Positions 49,937-64,000 of a stretch of 64,000 nucleotides of DNA are shown here, in pieces. Origin of the DNA: Octopus sinensis (lineage: Eukaryota). The stretch covers positions 48,670,001 to 48,734,000 of the forward strand of contig NC_043000.1 in assembly GCF_006345805.1 (NCBI RefSeq), given 5' to 3'. Position 1 is the stretch's first letter. Each line of letters opens with the position of its first letter. Below the pieces are notes generated by a model. The model was not told where the DNA came from and searched no databases. It saw only the letters and a list, made by a program, of their open reading frames with translations. A program made the translations under genes and the position numbers.

Positions 49937-51679
49937 TTAAGCATATTCAGACTGATCATGAGATTACAATTTTACTTATCACTGCTTCGTGCTCTCCGTC
50001 CGTAATTACTATGAAAATCCGACCGAAACATTGTACTAGCTGTTCTACTCTACTTTTCAGAGCCTATTCTTATCACCTGAAGTTATAGTTTGTCACGTAT
50101 CATTATAGGCGTTCTAGTTGTATTTATCCCCTCTTTAACACTTTTAAAGGACATGTATCGTGATCTAAATTATCCCATTTGGTCTTCATGTTTTCGAGTG
50201 CGATTTGGCAATGATTTAACAACTCTCACCTCTAGATGAATATATCTGTTAAAGATTCCCACCGTGGATCTCTTGAGAGGAATATGCTATTGAATATGGA
50301 AGCATATTAGTATATTTCAGTTTTCTCTCCTTTCAGAATCTTTCTACGATTTCCTTTCGTAGTAACATTCGGATGTATTTATATAACATTGATATAATAT
50401 TTCGTTCAGTTCTCACTCTACTCCCATCTTCCTTGCCCCTTCAAAATAATGCTCTAAATATTTTAATCTTTTATATCTTGTTATTTCTTCATTTTAGGCA
50501 AGTGATACTCGGTATTTTCACAATAATAGGAGTGTTTTTGATCACATTGGCATACATGACCGGATTCTGTTCTGATTGAGTTATTTATTAACAGAAGTAT
50601 CATATAGTTTATATATTTTCATGAATAACATCTTTAATATTTCACATATGTCAATAAAGAGGTTATACATATTTTCACAGTAATTGATTATTTATTTTTC
50701 CTATGTAATTTTTGACATGTTTGCTGATACTTTATTGCATTAAATACCACCATACTATTGCTTGGAGGCATTGTCTACCATGATGTTACCCCCTCCAGTT
50801 TTCAAATAAATACTTTATGAAAATTAAATATAAGATTCGCCTACTTTTATAGTGTATGTCATCGATGTGGAGCTATTATTTTTAATCTTTTCCTATCCAC
50901 TTCTTGATTTTATCGAGTTCTCACTGGAGCTAAGATATTATGCACACATTTCCTTCTTTTGCTTCAGGCAGTTGCATATTATCAAGGAATATTTTCTCTT
51001 GGAATTCACATTTACCTTATTCTTAGCAATAATATTTGTAAATTCTTTTAAGAACTTTGTTTAAGTTGTCTTAATCCACCTACATTGAAACATATGTCTT
51101 TTTAACCTTTCTGTGTTAAGAAGGATCATATCTCACACTGATAACATGAAATGAACATATTTTCAGATGAAAACACATAATCAGGCGTACAGTAACATAG
51201 TTAAGAATTCTGATATTCTTATATGTCCATATAAATTATTCAAATTACATATTTTTTAAATAGAATATATTCCTTCATAAGCGACTGAAAACAGGCTGAA
51301 ATTCTATATCAAACTATTGACATTGTGATAGATATGGAATTAATTCACAAACGAAATATATCAGCTGAACCATGAGCTCTTGACAATTTGCGACAATTAA
51401 AAACCCTTATCTTCTTATTACACTAGATTCATTTCCTAAAACATTCTATTCTAAACTGACAGTTAATAATTTATTAAAATATCTATGCCTGGAAAAATCC
51501 GGCATTTAACTTTCAAATTGGTTTAAGATCAGAGGAACAAATTAATTACAGTCTTATCGTTAAAAGTAAACCGTATATTTTCAAATCAAATTTGACAATT
51601 AATTAGTTTGAAATTATTTGAACAGTACTATCCAGCTGTAGGAACTGTTCAATCAGTAACAAGGGGGAAATAATGCATA

Positions 51680-51870
51680 TCTTTGAGTCAAAAGATGAAG
51701 CCTGATCGTGGTTGACTATCCTGTTAGAAATGCCCGCCAAATCGTTCTCAAATGACTTTATATCATTATGAAATAATGCGCTACATAATATAGTCCTACA
51801 TAACCTTAAAATACTTCATGATGTCTAGTGTAAATTCTTTTAAGTACTCGAGCTCTGGCTAAGCCAGTGA
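51680..51870 (+). mobile_element. Old, highly diverged SINE-like repeat (family D); related relics near 3700-3850(+), 13280-13360(-), 30300-30400(+), 33290-33350(-) and 37340-37430(-)
   Basis: A degenerate motif resembling CGTGGTCA.TCGA.CTG.TAGAAA.AGC.GCCAAAT.T..CTCAAAT recurs at these sites. Confidence 0.45.
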
Positions 51871-54284
51871 ATACACATATACATCATACCCTTATGCATA
51901 TTAGATTCATATATGTGTGTGTGTATTATATATATGCAAGATCGTTAGTGCTGTAAATCTAGTTTACGCAGTCAACCCCTATAATAGCCTGTCCTGCTCT
52001 TTTGCTGATCTTAGTCAAAGAACAACGCCTTGAAGTTGTTTAATAGCCACAATTAACCACAGTTCTTAGTCGCTTCTTGCTTTAATACTCTGTTGTGAGA
52101 CAAAGACAGGTACACGTTTGTATATAGATTTGTACGCGCCCGAAAATAATATAAATATATACGTGTGCGTTTGTGTGTGTGTGTGTGTGTGTGTTCGAGA
52201 GTCTGATTTAGTTCGTTCTAACAAACACGCATACATGCATTTATATATAAGTCTACATCTCTACAACAGAACATTAGATGAAAATGAATTTTTTTCTGTC
52301 AGAAAGCTAGCTACAGTGACTATAGCATGTCTAACCAGAGCGTGCGGTAATTTGTCATTGATGTTGAAGTGGAAAGATTTGTAGCTCAGGAACAAGAATT
52401 GATAAAATACATACTACAAAAATGTAAATGGGAAGCATATATAACAACCAGATATCCTAATCGGTAGATATTTTCTGGAATTCATACCTAAGATGTGGCC
52501 CAAGTCTTCAGCAGCTGTTTGAAAATGTCAATGTGATATTATCTACAGATAACGCTTGAAGTGGTGGTCCATACACTGTACAACGTTTTCTTTATGAACA
52601 CGTTAAAGATGTGTACAGCGTATATTCATACGTAATACGAAATAATAGTGGCGGGATGTTGCTGTAGAAATATTTGTGAAGTATAAGCAAAAATAGTCTA
52701 GGTGGAGTGATCTCGGACTGAAAACAAACAGTGTATACAGTAGTAGAAATTAGGTGAACAGTAGACATTGGACCGTTTGATTTAGCTTACCGCTCGTACC
52801 AGCGATTATCGTTGTGGAGTGTAGTATAATTCAGACTTGTGCTTTTCCCATGACAGAGGTAAATCCATTAAAGGACTTACCACTTAAAGGAACTAACCAC
52901 TAGAGTTTACCAAACTTAGTGAACTTACTCTCGTCTTTGTTATTGAAGATGTATGCACTAGTTTATGCTAGAAGCAGAATTTTGGTGAAAATTTTATGTT
53001 TAGATAACTATACTTACTGATGCGCCACGTCTATCGAGACGAGAAGCTAGGTTGCACATAGCTGAAAATAGTTAATAAATATTATACATAATAAATTTTA
53101 TTGGATTAGTTGAGAAGAAGAAGCTGTACTCATGACCTTTACAGCAAAATAGACGCAGTTAATGTTTCTGTTAAATATCTTCAGAGGAATCACTGAATGG
53201 AATTCAAGGGAAAAGAGAATATTTCAGAGAGAGCTAATTTCTGAAGGAAATCACAAGGCGAATTATTATGGGCGCAGGTCGGGGGCGTGGAGACAAGTGA
53301 GCCGGGAAAAACTGAATAGAGAAAAACCGGTTTCCAAGGTAACAGGCAACTGTAATAACATTACAAGATTATAAGTCGAGCTCTCATGTAAAAGAACCTC
53401 TGAGATAGAGGTTGGATTGTGTTGTAAGGCGACTTCGTGATATTTAGTCGTTAAGCACTTTTGTGTGATCAAAGTTGTCTGTATATAGAGTCTAAGCACT
53501 TAGGTTTAGTATTGGGTGTGTTATATTTTTTTTAAACTTGTGAGAATGGTTATTATTTGTAAAGTAGACTTTTCTAATATCGGGAAATATTTCTTATTAA
53601 ATCTTTATCTTGGAATTGAAATCTATTTTCCATATAGATGAAAGAATTCTGCTCTAATTTGTTCAAGATGCATAGCATTAAGTGGTCTGAGGACTAAAGT
53701 GTGTGAAAGCTGAAATTAAGTACGGTTTTAATTGCCCATACTGAATTAAATACTTCATGAGCTATATATGTCAAAGACTTTCTATTGTTATGACTTCATC
53801 TCATCGGAGATATGTTTTACTAGGAACACTAGATTATTAATGAGTTCTAACATTTAATACATGAGATGCTTTATACTGTCATATTTTATATCAAATTAAA
53901 AATACATCTGTATTTTTCGAAAATGACATCTTATCAAAATAGTATAGATAAAGTTTTATTAAAATATCATTGCTAATTCATTATCAAAACACTATCAGAT
54001 GCTCTCATTTTTATCATACACATTATATTGGGAGGAAAACTATATATTTTGAACGAGTGAACACGCGTAGCAATATATTACTTTCAGGCTTACTCTTATC
54101 TCTTATAGTTGGTTCTGTTTGAAAACATGGGTTTTTAACCGTACTATCTTTTTCGGTCGGATGGCTAGCTTTTAAAATAAATTTTGATACTGTAATTCCC
54201 ATCTAAGAAGTATTATTGTGAATATAATTTTACCCAATAATCCATGAAATGCTTTTATGTCGAACATACACCTAAGAAAATTAC

Positions 54285-54292
54285 AATATATG

Positions 54293-54331
<39 letters not shown>

Positions 54332-54355
54332 TGTATGTGTGTGTGTGTGTGTATG

Positions 54356-54430
<75 letters not shown>

Positions 54431-54460
54431 ACATATACATACACGCATATATATATATGA
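54285..54460. repeat. (TA)/(TG) compound microsatellite
   Basis: Seen directly in the sequence. Confidence 0.95.
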
Positions 54461-54499
54461 CATATTTCAATGGTATTCTCCTGCACTACATCTACAATA

Positions 54500-55695
54500 G
54501 TGTGTTTGACCACCACCTTTCTGAATTACTTCAAAATACACTATTTCATACTCTCAATATATGTTTGCAGCATATAAAGTGGAAGCTCCTCCCAAGCCTT
54601 TTTTATTGCCATTACCAGTTTATCAACGGATGAATATTGCTTGGCTTGACTGTGCACAACATTCGTGAGATATCCCCAGGAATTCTCTATAGGATTAAAG
54701 TTGGAACTTCCTGTTGACCATGGCTTGACTTTAATTACATGGGGGAAATACAAATTTGCCTTAGCTTTATGAATTGGAGCATTGTCCTATTGAAATATAA
54801 AGTTCTCACTATGGAAACCTCTTTCTTCTACAATATGAGCCCTGTCCAACATATCAATCTCTCGTGCAGCATTAACCGGCAATCCATAATGACAAGTGGC
54901 AGCTTCCCATTGGAATATATTGCTGCCCATACCATAAGACCTCCCCCGCTGTTCTGCCACTTCGAATACGTAAAGTTTTGTATACATTTATCTGTCTAGC
55001 GATACTTAAAACTGTCGGGCCCATCCAAATTCCATTCAGAGAACTGGATCCTGGTTCATTCATCATCCCACATCTGATGCAGCCGAGAAAACTCTAATCT
55101 AACAACTTTGTGGAAAGGGGACACTAACAAACGCCCTAGCTGCTTCTTCAGATGGAAATCTCGGTTCCAAACCACTCTTCTTACGGTGGATGTCGAGGCT
55201 CCTACTCCTGCTGATGCCTTGATTTTGAGAATAGAAGAGCAGCGTGACTTCTTCACAGCTCTGACTGTGGAACTTTCATCCCTGAGCTTTCAGAAAATTG
55301 TCTACTGGCGTTCTGTTTGGTTGAATCTTCTTGGCAATCTTCTAGTTACTCATTCCTCTCGCTTCCAGCACTAGAATCTTCCCTTGCTCAACTCGGAGAT
55401 CTTTATGGCTTTATCCATACTGGAAATGTAATCTAGATCATGGTGAATACGATTCAGTCGAATATTTTCTGAGACAATCTGGGAAGGAAATAAAATGTAT
55501 TATCAGCTTTATAGTTTTGAAGTGTTGATATGCTAGGTATTGTAATGTGGTAATAAAGACACAACGTTTACACTGCAAAGTATTAAAAAACTACCCATTT
55601 AAAATATATTGTGCCCTTTAGTCCAATTGAATGCCGAGCTACATTTCTAAATAACTTTAATAAAAACATGTGCTTTATAGTTTTGAATAGTAATG
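54500..55695 (-). mobile_element. Tc1/Tc3-like transposon relic (near full-length, frameshifted transposase)
   Basis: Start MDKAIKISE at 55418; motifs WNLDGPD, GGGLMVWAA, FIFQ*DNAPIH, SSNFNPIENSWGYL and IKKAWEEL. Probable TIR TA-CATTACTATTCAAAACTATAA at 55695. Confidence 0.85.
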
Positions 55696-55739
55696 TATGA
55701 ATGTATGTATGTATGTATGTATGTATGTATGTATGTATG

Positions 55740-55768
<29 letters not shown>
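55696..55768. repeat. (TATG)n microsatellite
   Basis: Seen directly in the sequence. Confidence 0.95.
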
Positions 55769-55771
<3 letters not shown>

Positions 55772-56018
55772 ATTGACAGTCATTTTTGTAAAGGACCGCT
55801 TATAGATATAGGAAAGGAATACTCAGTTGGAATCTAAGAGATACAGTGTTCGATTTACCGCAGCCGCCTGCTGGGGACTTTTTGTTGTTTTGTACCCAAT
55901 TGTTGTTGTAAGTACCCAATCTTTCTCGTCAGTTTTGACAACTATGCTGCAATTGAAATTTTCTTTCTTGTCAGTAAAATACCAACACACAGAGTGCCTC
56001 TAAAGTTTGTCTATAACA

Positions 56019-56093
<75 letters not shown>

Positions 56094-56113
56094 ATATATA
56101 TATGTATGTATAA

Positions 56114-56169
<56 letters not shown>

Positions 56170-57454
56170 TTTGTATTTGTATTTGAATGAGTATATAGCA
56201 GCATTACATAGATACATACAGCAACAATACCAATATTTAAAATGTTATGTGTAAAATTAGCGTAAGATTTGTTAAGAAATCACTGAATTCAGTCTTACGT
56301 ATATTTGCTATACATGAAGTTTTTGTTTTGGTAACACTACTTGCAACTACGTGAATGGCTATTTAAAGAAGTGTCAGAGATAAAAACATGTGTATGCATC
56401 CGCAAATCTCGTGATTGGTGATTCTTATCGATTAATGCAAGTTTATTATATTGATTCTACAAACCAATGCTGCAGATGTCATCGCATGTGATGATTTTCC
56501 GAAAAAAATTCAATAGCGGCTTTCTTTGTAGACAGCGAATAAACATGCCTAGATCTACAACAAACCTTGGCTTCTATTCACAGATTTTCTTGCGAATGCC
56601 TAATTCACAAAAATGGAATTCAGAAAATGGTGAATTCTTCCATTATGGAACGCCTGAAACTGATATTTAATCAGTGTATTCTTACTGATATTTTCTAGAA
56701 ATTCAAATATTTTTACAAATTCTCTTTACAAGCATGCAGATTTTCTCACATAATTATGTCATTTACCGATACTTCTTGTTGATCTTTTTTTTCTGTTTTC
56801 TTTCTAGTATTTCCCTAAAATGACAACAACTGTTATTGATTATATGAGAGGAAAATAGAGAATAACTATTCTTTCGATTTACCCTACTTCATCCTGTCCC
56901 CTTTTGCAGCAGTATATGATTCGTTATCCATTTAGAATGTATCCCAGAATTATCACATGAAAGTAAATCATTGCTAATAGCTTATATCGAATGATCCAAC
57001 GATTTTACGTTTATTTTTTTATATTCCTAAGTTTTGTATTATGAACATCTCTTGTTTCCCCAATATATTTTACAAAGACGAGATACCTTCAGTGATACAA
57101 TACCGATGAATCCTAGGTATACAGGAAAGCAACTCAAAGTCTTTAAACATATTTTACAGTATATATTGTATGACTGAATGTTGTATGACCAAAATATATT
57201 TTATGGTAGGTAGAATAACTTTCAAGTATAAAGATATCTTCAATCGTTCGGGATATATTTTCCAATATGTTATATACAGGGATGCGAAGGAAATTGTAAA
57301 CTTACAATATATGATTACTACATTACATATTCAGTAAAAAATTATGTAAATAGTTTGATATAATTTTATTAAAGCAATTTAAAGATGTTACGTCATAATA
57401 TTTTTCAATGCTATAGTCATATAATATACTGAATTATTTGATTTATTACTTTAA

Positions 57455-57533
57455 GCTTAATTTTTTTTAAATATTTTTCAGGTAAGCTGCAGTTTATAAT
57501 GTGTTGGAAAGTACATTTAATCTTCTAGTAAGT
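57455..57533 (+). promoter_or_regulatory. Candidate recursive splice site (AG|GT ratchet point) with 46-nt cryptic exon
   Basis: TTAATTTTTTTTAAATATTTTTCAG|GTAAGC with the junction at 57481/57482, and a second donor GTAAGT at 57528. Confidence 0.45.
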
Positions 57534-58884
57534 AAATATTTTTTTTTCTTTCGGACATGAAACATAGCCTTATGTTTCTTTTACTTCAGCTTTGGACTGT
57601 AACTAATAACACTTCACAAGCACAATATTTTAAATCGTAAATGAACGGGGTTGCAAGTATCTCATCCATTAGCACTTTGAGACATGTATATAATTTGAAG
57701 GATAAGTATAATAATGTAAACATTTCTTCCATGATCGAAATGTGAAAAAATGTGGTTCCTAAAAAATTGAACTGCAAGATAATGAGCTTCTACCAGGATT
57801 GAAACCTAAGTGTGATGATATTGATTTTTCATACCTCTTACTAAGGCAAATGACTAGAGACTCGATTATATGTATAAGAATTTATTATACTATTAATGTT
57901 TAAGCGTATAGTATACAACTAATTACTGAGGGCTGCAACAGAACCAAGGATTGAAATAAAATGCTAATACTACCTTTACTTAAATATTAATGATGTTGTA
58001 AACACATATCTATTGAAGTATGCTGCCAGGGGCTTACAGCACATACAAACTTTCTAAATCAATGATAAGTATATTACTCTGTAGACTTCGTTTGAAGAAA
58101 TACCATGCATCTGTTTACATAAAATCAGAACGGAGAGAATTAGTAACAATACATACATGTACGATCGCATTATCTCGTATCCAAATTATTAGTAAACTAA
58201 AACAGAATTAATGGATTTAGACATGAAAGACTAAATTTGAACACTGAACACTTTCTGAAGATCGCATTTCCATCTGCATGATATCAATAAACTATTGAAC
58301 AGAAGAGAAACAAACAGATTTTCAGGGACGAAATTACATTAGTACGGCATACAGTACATAGACTAATACTTCAGAAACTTTCATATCCCTAATTCAAAGG
58401 CGTAGTGGAGTATAGAACTACAATTATCGTTTATCCCACTACGTTTAATTATAACGCCAAATTTATTTCTTCTTGAAGATACATAAATAATTTTAAAGTT
58501 TAACGATGCATTATTATGTTATATTGCGGAACAACACATTGTTAGATAAGAAAGTAAGTTAAATTAAAGATGATGAGGGTTGAGTATTATTGTGCTGCAA
58601 AATTCTGAAATATTGCTATTTAAACCGGTTCCTTTGTCAAATAAACAATTTTATGAGATTTAAAGACGTGTATATTGCATTGCTTTAATATTTGTCAGCA
58701 TGGTTCACAACATAAAAATAGGATTCGATTCTGAAACATCATTATTGAGAGTCTGGTGGTAACAATTCTGAAAACAAAACACATTCTGCTAAAAGTCTAT
58801 AAACATAACGTATAAATAACACGTCACCTGCTATATACACACATTTATATATATATGTGTGGTATGCACGCGTGTGTATACATG

Positions 58885-58893
58885 TGTGTGTGC

Positions 58894-58956
<63 letters not shown>

Positions 58957-59026
58957 TGTTTGTATGTATGTATGTATATATCTGTGCGTGCGTGTGTGTG
59001 TGTGTCTATATGTGTGTGCGCGCGCG
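58885..59026. repeat. (TA)/(TATG)/(TG) compound microsatellite
   Basis: Seen directly in the sequence. Confidence 0.95.
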
Positions 59027-62000
59027 ATATCATTCTTGCCGAGATGTGAGGCTGTGATCGACAGATTTGGTTACCGGAAATGCATATCCCGAGACCCAAT
59101 GAGGTCATTTACACCTTCATCTGTGTTTTTGCACACATCTTTGTGTATCATTTTCTTCCCGGACGAGGTCTGCAACATAAAGGTCCACCAAACGCACATA
59201 TATTACGATATTTACAAAGTTATAACTGTGTATATAACAACGTATCCAAGAAATGATGAGATGGAATTAAAGAACATGAATACAACAAACTCATATGCCT
59301 TGAACACGAAGAACTGACCATTTACTAATTTACACATGGATGCGGTGGAACAGATGGGTAATAGGGTCACATTTGTGGTATGGAAGTTTTGAAAGCCCAG
59401 AAACAAATCAAAATTTTAATTAACAATATAATTTGCTTTTAAATATTTGTAATAGGTCTTTCAGAACGCAATTCAATCGCTTTAAACACGTTCTCACATT
59501 CTCGCACACACACAAACACACGCAGAATTCTACAGGTTTATTTATACATGTGTGTGTGTCTTTGTGTGTACTTGTATTTACATGGGTATGTAAGTATGTA
59601 TGTATGTGTGTATATATATATATATATTTATCAACAGGGTACACGAGGTACTTATCAGCTAGAAATTGGAGTTAAAACCCCCAGTTAAACCCCCAATAAC
59701 ACTGAAAAATACAACAGAAAACAACAGTATGCGTGCGAACGGGTAAAGAATTTAGACATACCATTTATAATTTAACGCTGTTTGACGCCTCCAGCCATCT
59801 ATATTATTGTTGTTGTTATTATCAATTATTTAAATTTATCGCAGATAATAATAGCAATAATAGTATCTATATAAATATTTACATTTGAATATTAACTCCT
59901 CATTACACACACACACACACACGCATATATATATATATATTATATATATGTATATATGTATATATATATATGTGTGTATGTATATATACATATGTATGTG
60001 TATGTGCGTGCGTATGTGTGTGTGTCTATGTGCACATTCATACTGGAGAAGCCTTATTTCTGTCATTATTATTGTAATTAACGCTTTACACCTTTTCCTT
60101 ACTGCCAGTTCTATTTGTTCAGCTCTTTTCATATTGCTTATCGGAATTACATGTATAATATTGTGCTTCTGTACTCTTTTATTTTCACGGAATTTTATCA
60201 TACATTTTGCATTCAATATTTTAACTACCGATAATAATTTGAAACCGATATCACTCCATTATATCGTATGGTTCTCCATAATTACACATCTGTACCGGTA
60301 AATACTGTACGCTCTCTTGCGCTAACACTTGTAGAATATCTCTGTATACGTTACGTAGATCATAGAATGTATGTTTATTGATATTTTTCGCAAGTGATAC
60401 TTCAAAGTTGTAATTTTATTCAATGAATACATTCGCGTGTACGTACAGAACAAAATGAGCACTCAGTCATAGGAATAATTATATTTACACACATTCTGTA
60501 CATATAAAATGTGTGTGTATGTGTGTTCACAATTTGTAAATACATTCAGAAATGTTTTTGTCTGACCGCAATACAATACAATTTAATGGGAATATATCGT
60601 GTCAGTTTCGGTCAATACATTTCTAAACTATCGTATCGTTCTATATGGAAGCAAACATCATGCCTAGTTGGAAACGAATAGTCTATAGGGAATGATTAAT
60701 CACTGAAAACGAATCATATTCCCCGCAGAATCATCGCGTTCTGTTTCGTGCATGCTGTACTCACATTTTTATATTTTGTTAGCATCGATATATCGCATGT
60801 CAACAGTTGTAAAATACGATAATGTTCAGTTGAAAACATTTTGCGTCATAGCTATAAAAATACTTGCATCCTACTTGCATTCTTTGCTACTAAAAAATGC
60901 TATTCTTTGAGACGTTGTTCATTTATTAGCCAAATGCAAAAACTAATATGCTCGGATATTCCATTTGTAGCAATTCAGAGTTTTCTAGCTTTCCTAAGAA
61001 TAATTTTAGGATCTTTTTCAACGCTTTCAGTTATGCAGCTTTGATGTATTGTTTCAGAAAAATCATCTATCTCGGATGTGAAACACCTATAGTAATTAAA
61101 TGTTCCGTTCTTTCGTCCTTTTATCCACTTTGTGCTAACACAAAAATCATGCAAGTGATTCTTTAATGAAATTACAGTTTTAAACAAGAATGTTTACTTC
61201 CACTATATGAATCTTTAAAAGCTTAACGATGAGTGATAAACTACAAAATATGGTTGGTCTTTTTTGTTTTAGTTATATCCGTTTCTATTTTTTCTGTCAG
61301 TCCAGGAAGCGTTGATCGACGCATTTTTATTATGATATAAAATGTTAGATAAAGCTTGGCAGTTTATGAGATTTGTTTTGTTCCACTGGTAGGAAACGTG
61401 AATAGAAACATCAATTATCTATCTTGATGAGAAACTATCTTACAGCCCGTAATATAACAGAGACAACTTCTATTCAATGACTCTCAACACATGTGATATG
61501 TTATTGTATAGATACAAGGACCCATATCTAGACTGCAATAGAAATAGGATTTCGTAACTATTAAGCTATTCCATTTGATGATATTCAGTTAAGTGAAATA
61601 GATATACCGGATATGAAAACAGGGTCATGAGGTTAGCTTTTCATTTGCATACTTCTATTACGTATTCCTTTTTCCCCAAATGAAATTCTTGAATCAATCA
61701 ATATAATGTGTTTATAATATTAGGAATGTCTCAAGCTATTGGTCAGCTTCTAGTGAACCGAATCTTTGACAATAATTTGGTGCAGCCATTTCCTTGATAT
61801 GTGTCACTAACGCTAGTGAGCTGGAGCTAAATATATACGCTACACAATCGCATTTCCTCTTCTACATATATAACTTGTCAAAGTATGCATCTCGTGCAAT
61901 GAAATCCTTGATTACTCACGAGTCTTGCCTTATCTTAAACACATTTACATAATTATTGAAGAATTTAAAATTAATTAATTTCAAATAAAAATACATAAGA

Positions 62001-63835
62001 AGAAATACTTCGAGTATTTTAAAATACGTTTAATAATTTACATCCTATTTTAGAAACTACTTCGTATATAGTAATATGTGAAATGAAGATAAGTGATAAT
62101 TCAATATTACATAACTGATCGGTAAACATCTACGCGTAAGATGAGATATGTGTTTCCTGTAGTCTGTTTAACCACATTACGCGATCTATTCTATTTGAGA
62201 CTTATACTAATTTGCTTAATATTTATTATCTGACTATCTGACAAGTTTCTTTCAATTTCGATACACAGATTCAAACAAAATGATGTTTCAGAGCTTTATG
62301 GCCTGTATACATTGTCTTCAATAACAATAGGATGGGATTGACTTTAAAAAAAAATATATGGAACTTCCTGATTATTTGAAATGTTTTGCTAGTAAATGAA
62401 TAATAATTTACATTGTCCAGTTTGACAGGACTTGCAACGTGTGAAGTAGAGAGGATGACAAGATACAGTTTCTATTTTCTCCTCCAATCATTATATAGAA
62501 ATTCTTAAAAAGGATTTTGTTTCCACTACAACCACTACCGATTCTCTGTAATAATCTCTACGCTAAATCCTTCTTTGCAAGAAGTAAAACCTCTGGCATC
62601 ACCTCCCTGCACACTTTCTCCTATAGCTGTCGATTTGAAACTCTTCAACCGCTTCAATATAATCGAACATGCGAAAGCCATGTTAACAGCAGCTTCCTCC
62701 AGACTAAAACAATAAAGGAAAACCTGGATAAATAGACTAATCACTCTTTTCACTTAAAGCATTGTTTTATCTCTTGGCTGACAGTAGTATTTTATGGTTG
62801 TTAGAGTATCGCTTTTAAAAAAATTGAATTTCAATTGCTACAAAATTTTAAATGTTTGTTTAGGTTGATGAGAAAGTTCTCTCTCAGTCGAACAGTTAAC
62901 AAATTTCATATTAAAAAAAATATACGACACATAAGGAAAAAAAAAGAGGATTGAATAGACAGAATAGGCGCAATTAGTGTACACACGGTGTAACTTCAGT
63001 TTTAATTATACTTAAAAATAGCTATCATCAAGGCATTATCATCAACTGCGATTGATCTTTTACATTTGAAAATTTTTCACTGCCGCGTTTTAAGTAATTA
63101 TAACTTGGAAGTCTAAATAATCCAAAAATCACATAGGATACCGAAAATAATATTAAAATACGTGGAAAATATTTAAATCAAGTGTGATTTTATTTAAAAG
63201 TGATATTCTGCAGAATGTAGTTTTTGAAACAGTATTGCATTTTAAACTTAATTAGTAGCTTTAAAAATAATATATTGCAGAAATATCTAATTATCTTTAA
63301 ATTATCACCTGAAAAGCATTCATCGAATTATAATCCTTTGAAAATTAAAGATTTCTAAAGATGAAATAGTTTTCGAAGTGCAATACTGTAGCCGGCATTC
63401 AAAATAATATTGCTTTCGCACTTAACAACAAGGCAACGTATTTGTTTGGGAGTATAGAGTTAATTGACTCGACTTGAGTACTTGAATTATACAGAATTTG
63501 TTGTTACCACAGGCGAGGGGAATGAAAAATCAAATTAGTCTAAAAAAATGAAAATGCTTTAGAGTATTTAATCTTTTTGAATTTGGTATAAACACTTATT
63601 TTATATCATTCAGATACTATATTTTTCAGTCTCCCATTTTTGTATCACATGGAAAATGCTACTTTTTCACTCGTATTTAATTTAGTATGCTGTGTTATAT
63701 TTGCATTACTTTAAAATGTAAAGCACAATTTGAAAGTCTAATTTAGCTCAACTACGTCATATATTATACTTTTCGTTTCGTTATGTCAGTTTATCTCATT
63801 ACTGCTATTTAAAGATTATATTATACCACAAGTAT

Positions 63836-64000
63836 AGGCGCAGGAGTGGCTGTGTGGTAAGTAGCTTGTTTACTAACCACATGGTTCCGGGTTCAGTCCC
63901 ACTGTGTGGCATCTTGGGCAAGTTTCTTCTACTATAGCCTCGGGCTGACCAAAGCCTTGTGAGTGGATTTGGTAGACGGAAACTGAAAGAAGCCCGTCGT
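63836..64000 (+). mobile_element. Family B SINE, cut by the window end
   Basis: AGGCGCAGGAGTGGCTGTGTGGTAAGTAGCTTG...GGGTTCAGTCCC...CTTGGGCAAGT...CCAAAGCCTTGTGAGTGG. Confidence 0.93.

Noticed and set aside
59040-59400. Higher-complexity stretch inside ORF 58859-59317
   Set aside because: The ORF starts in a microsatellite, and no recognisable domain or splice context was found.

Overview
This is AT-rich eukaryotic genomic DNA, dense in microsatellites and transposon relics. The repeat families look like those of an octopus (coleoid cephalopod); this is inferred from recalled SINE families, not from a search. I find no intact protein-coding gene: the ORF track is almost entirely microsatellite, SINE or decayed-transposon translation. 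Supported content: (i) many tRNA-derived SINEs of at least three families, including two dimeric copies and one insertion with a 20-bp target-site duplication; (ii) a 5.6-13.1 kb pile-up of R4/Dong-like (RT + CCHC + restriction-like endonuclease) non-LTR fragments plus a non-coding element, all embedded in (AAT)n tracts; (iii) Tc1/mariner-superfamily relics and MITEs, a non-autonomous Helitron and a Harbinger-like MITE; (iv) several unrelated short elements carrying type I hammerhead-ribozyme motifs just upstream of (TA)n tracts, two of them with an asymmetric inverted-repeat-plus-tail structure like Penelope-like elements; (v) a near-perfect 57-bp hairpin; (vi) a candidate recursive splice site with a 46-nt cryptic exon, suggesting the window may lie in a very long + strand intron. 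Coordinates were read by eye, and the ends of decayed elements are approximate.
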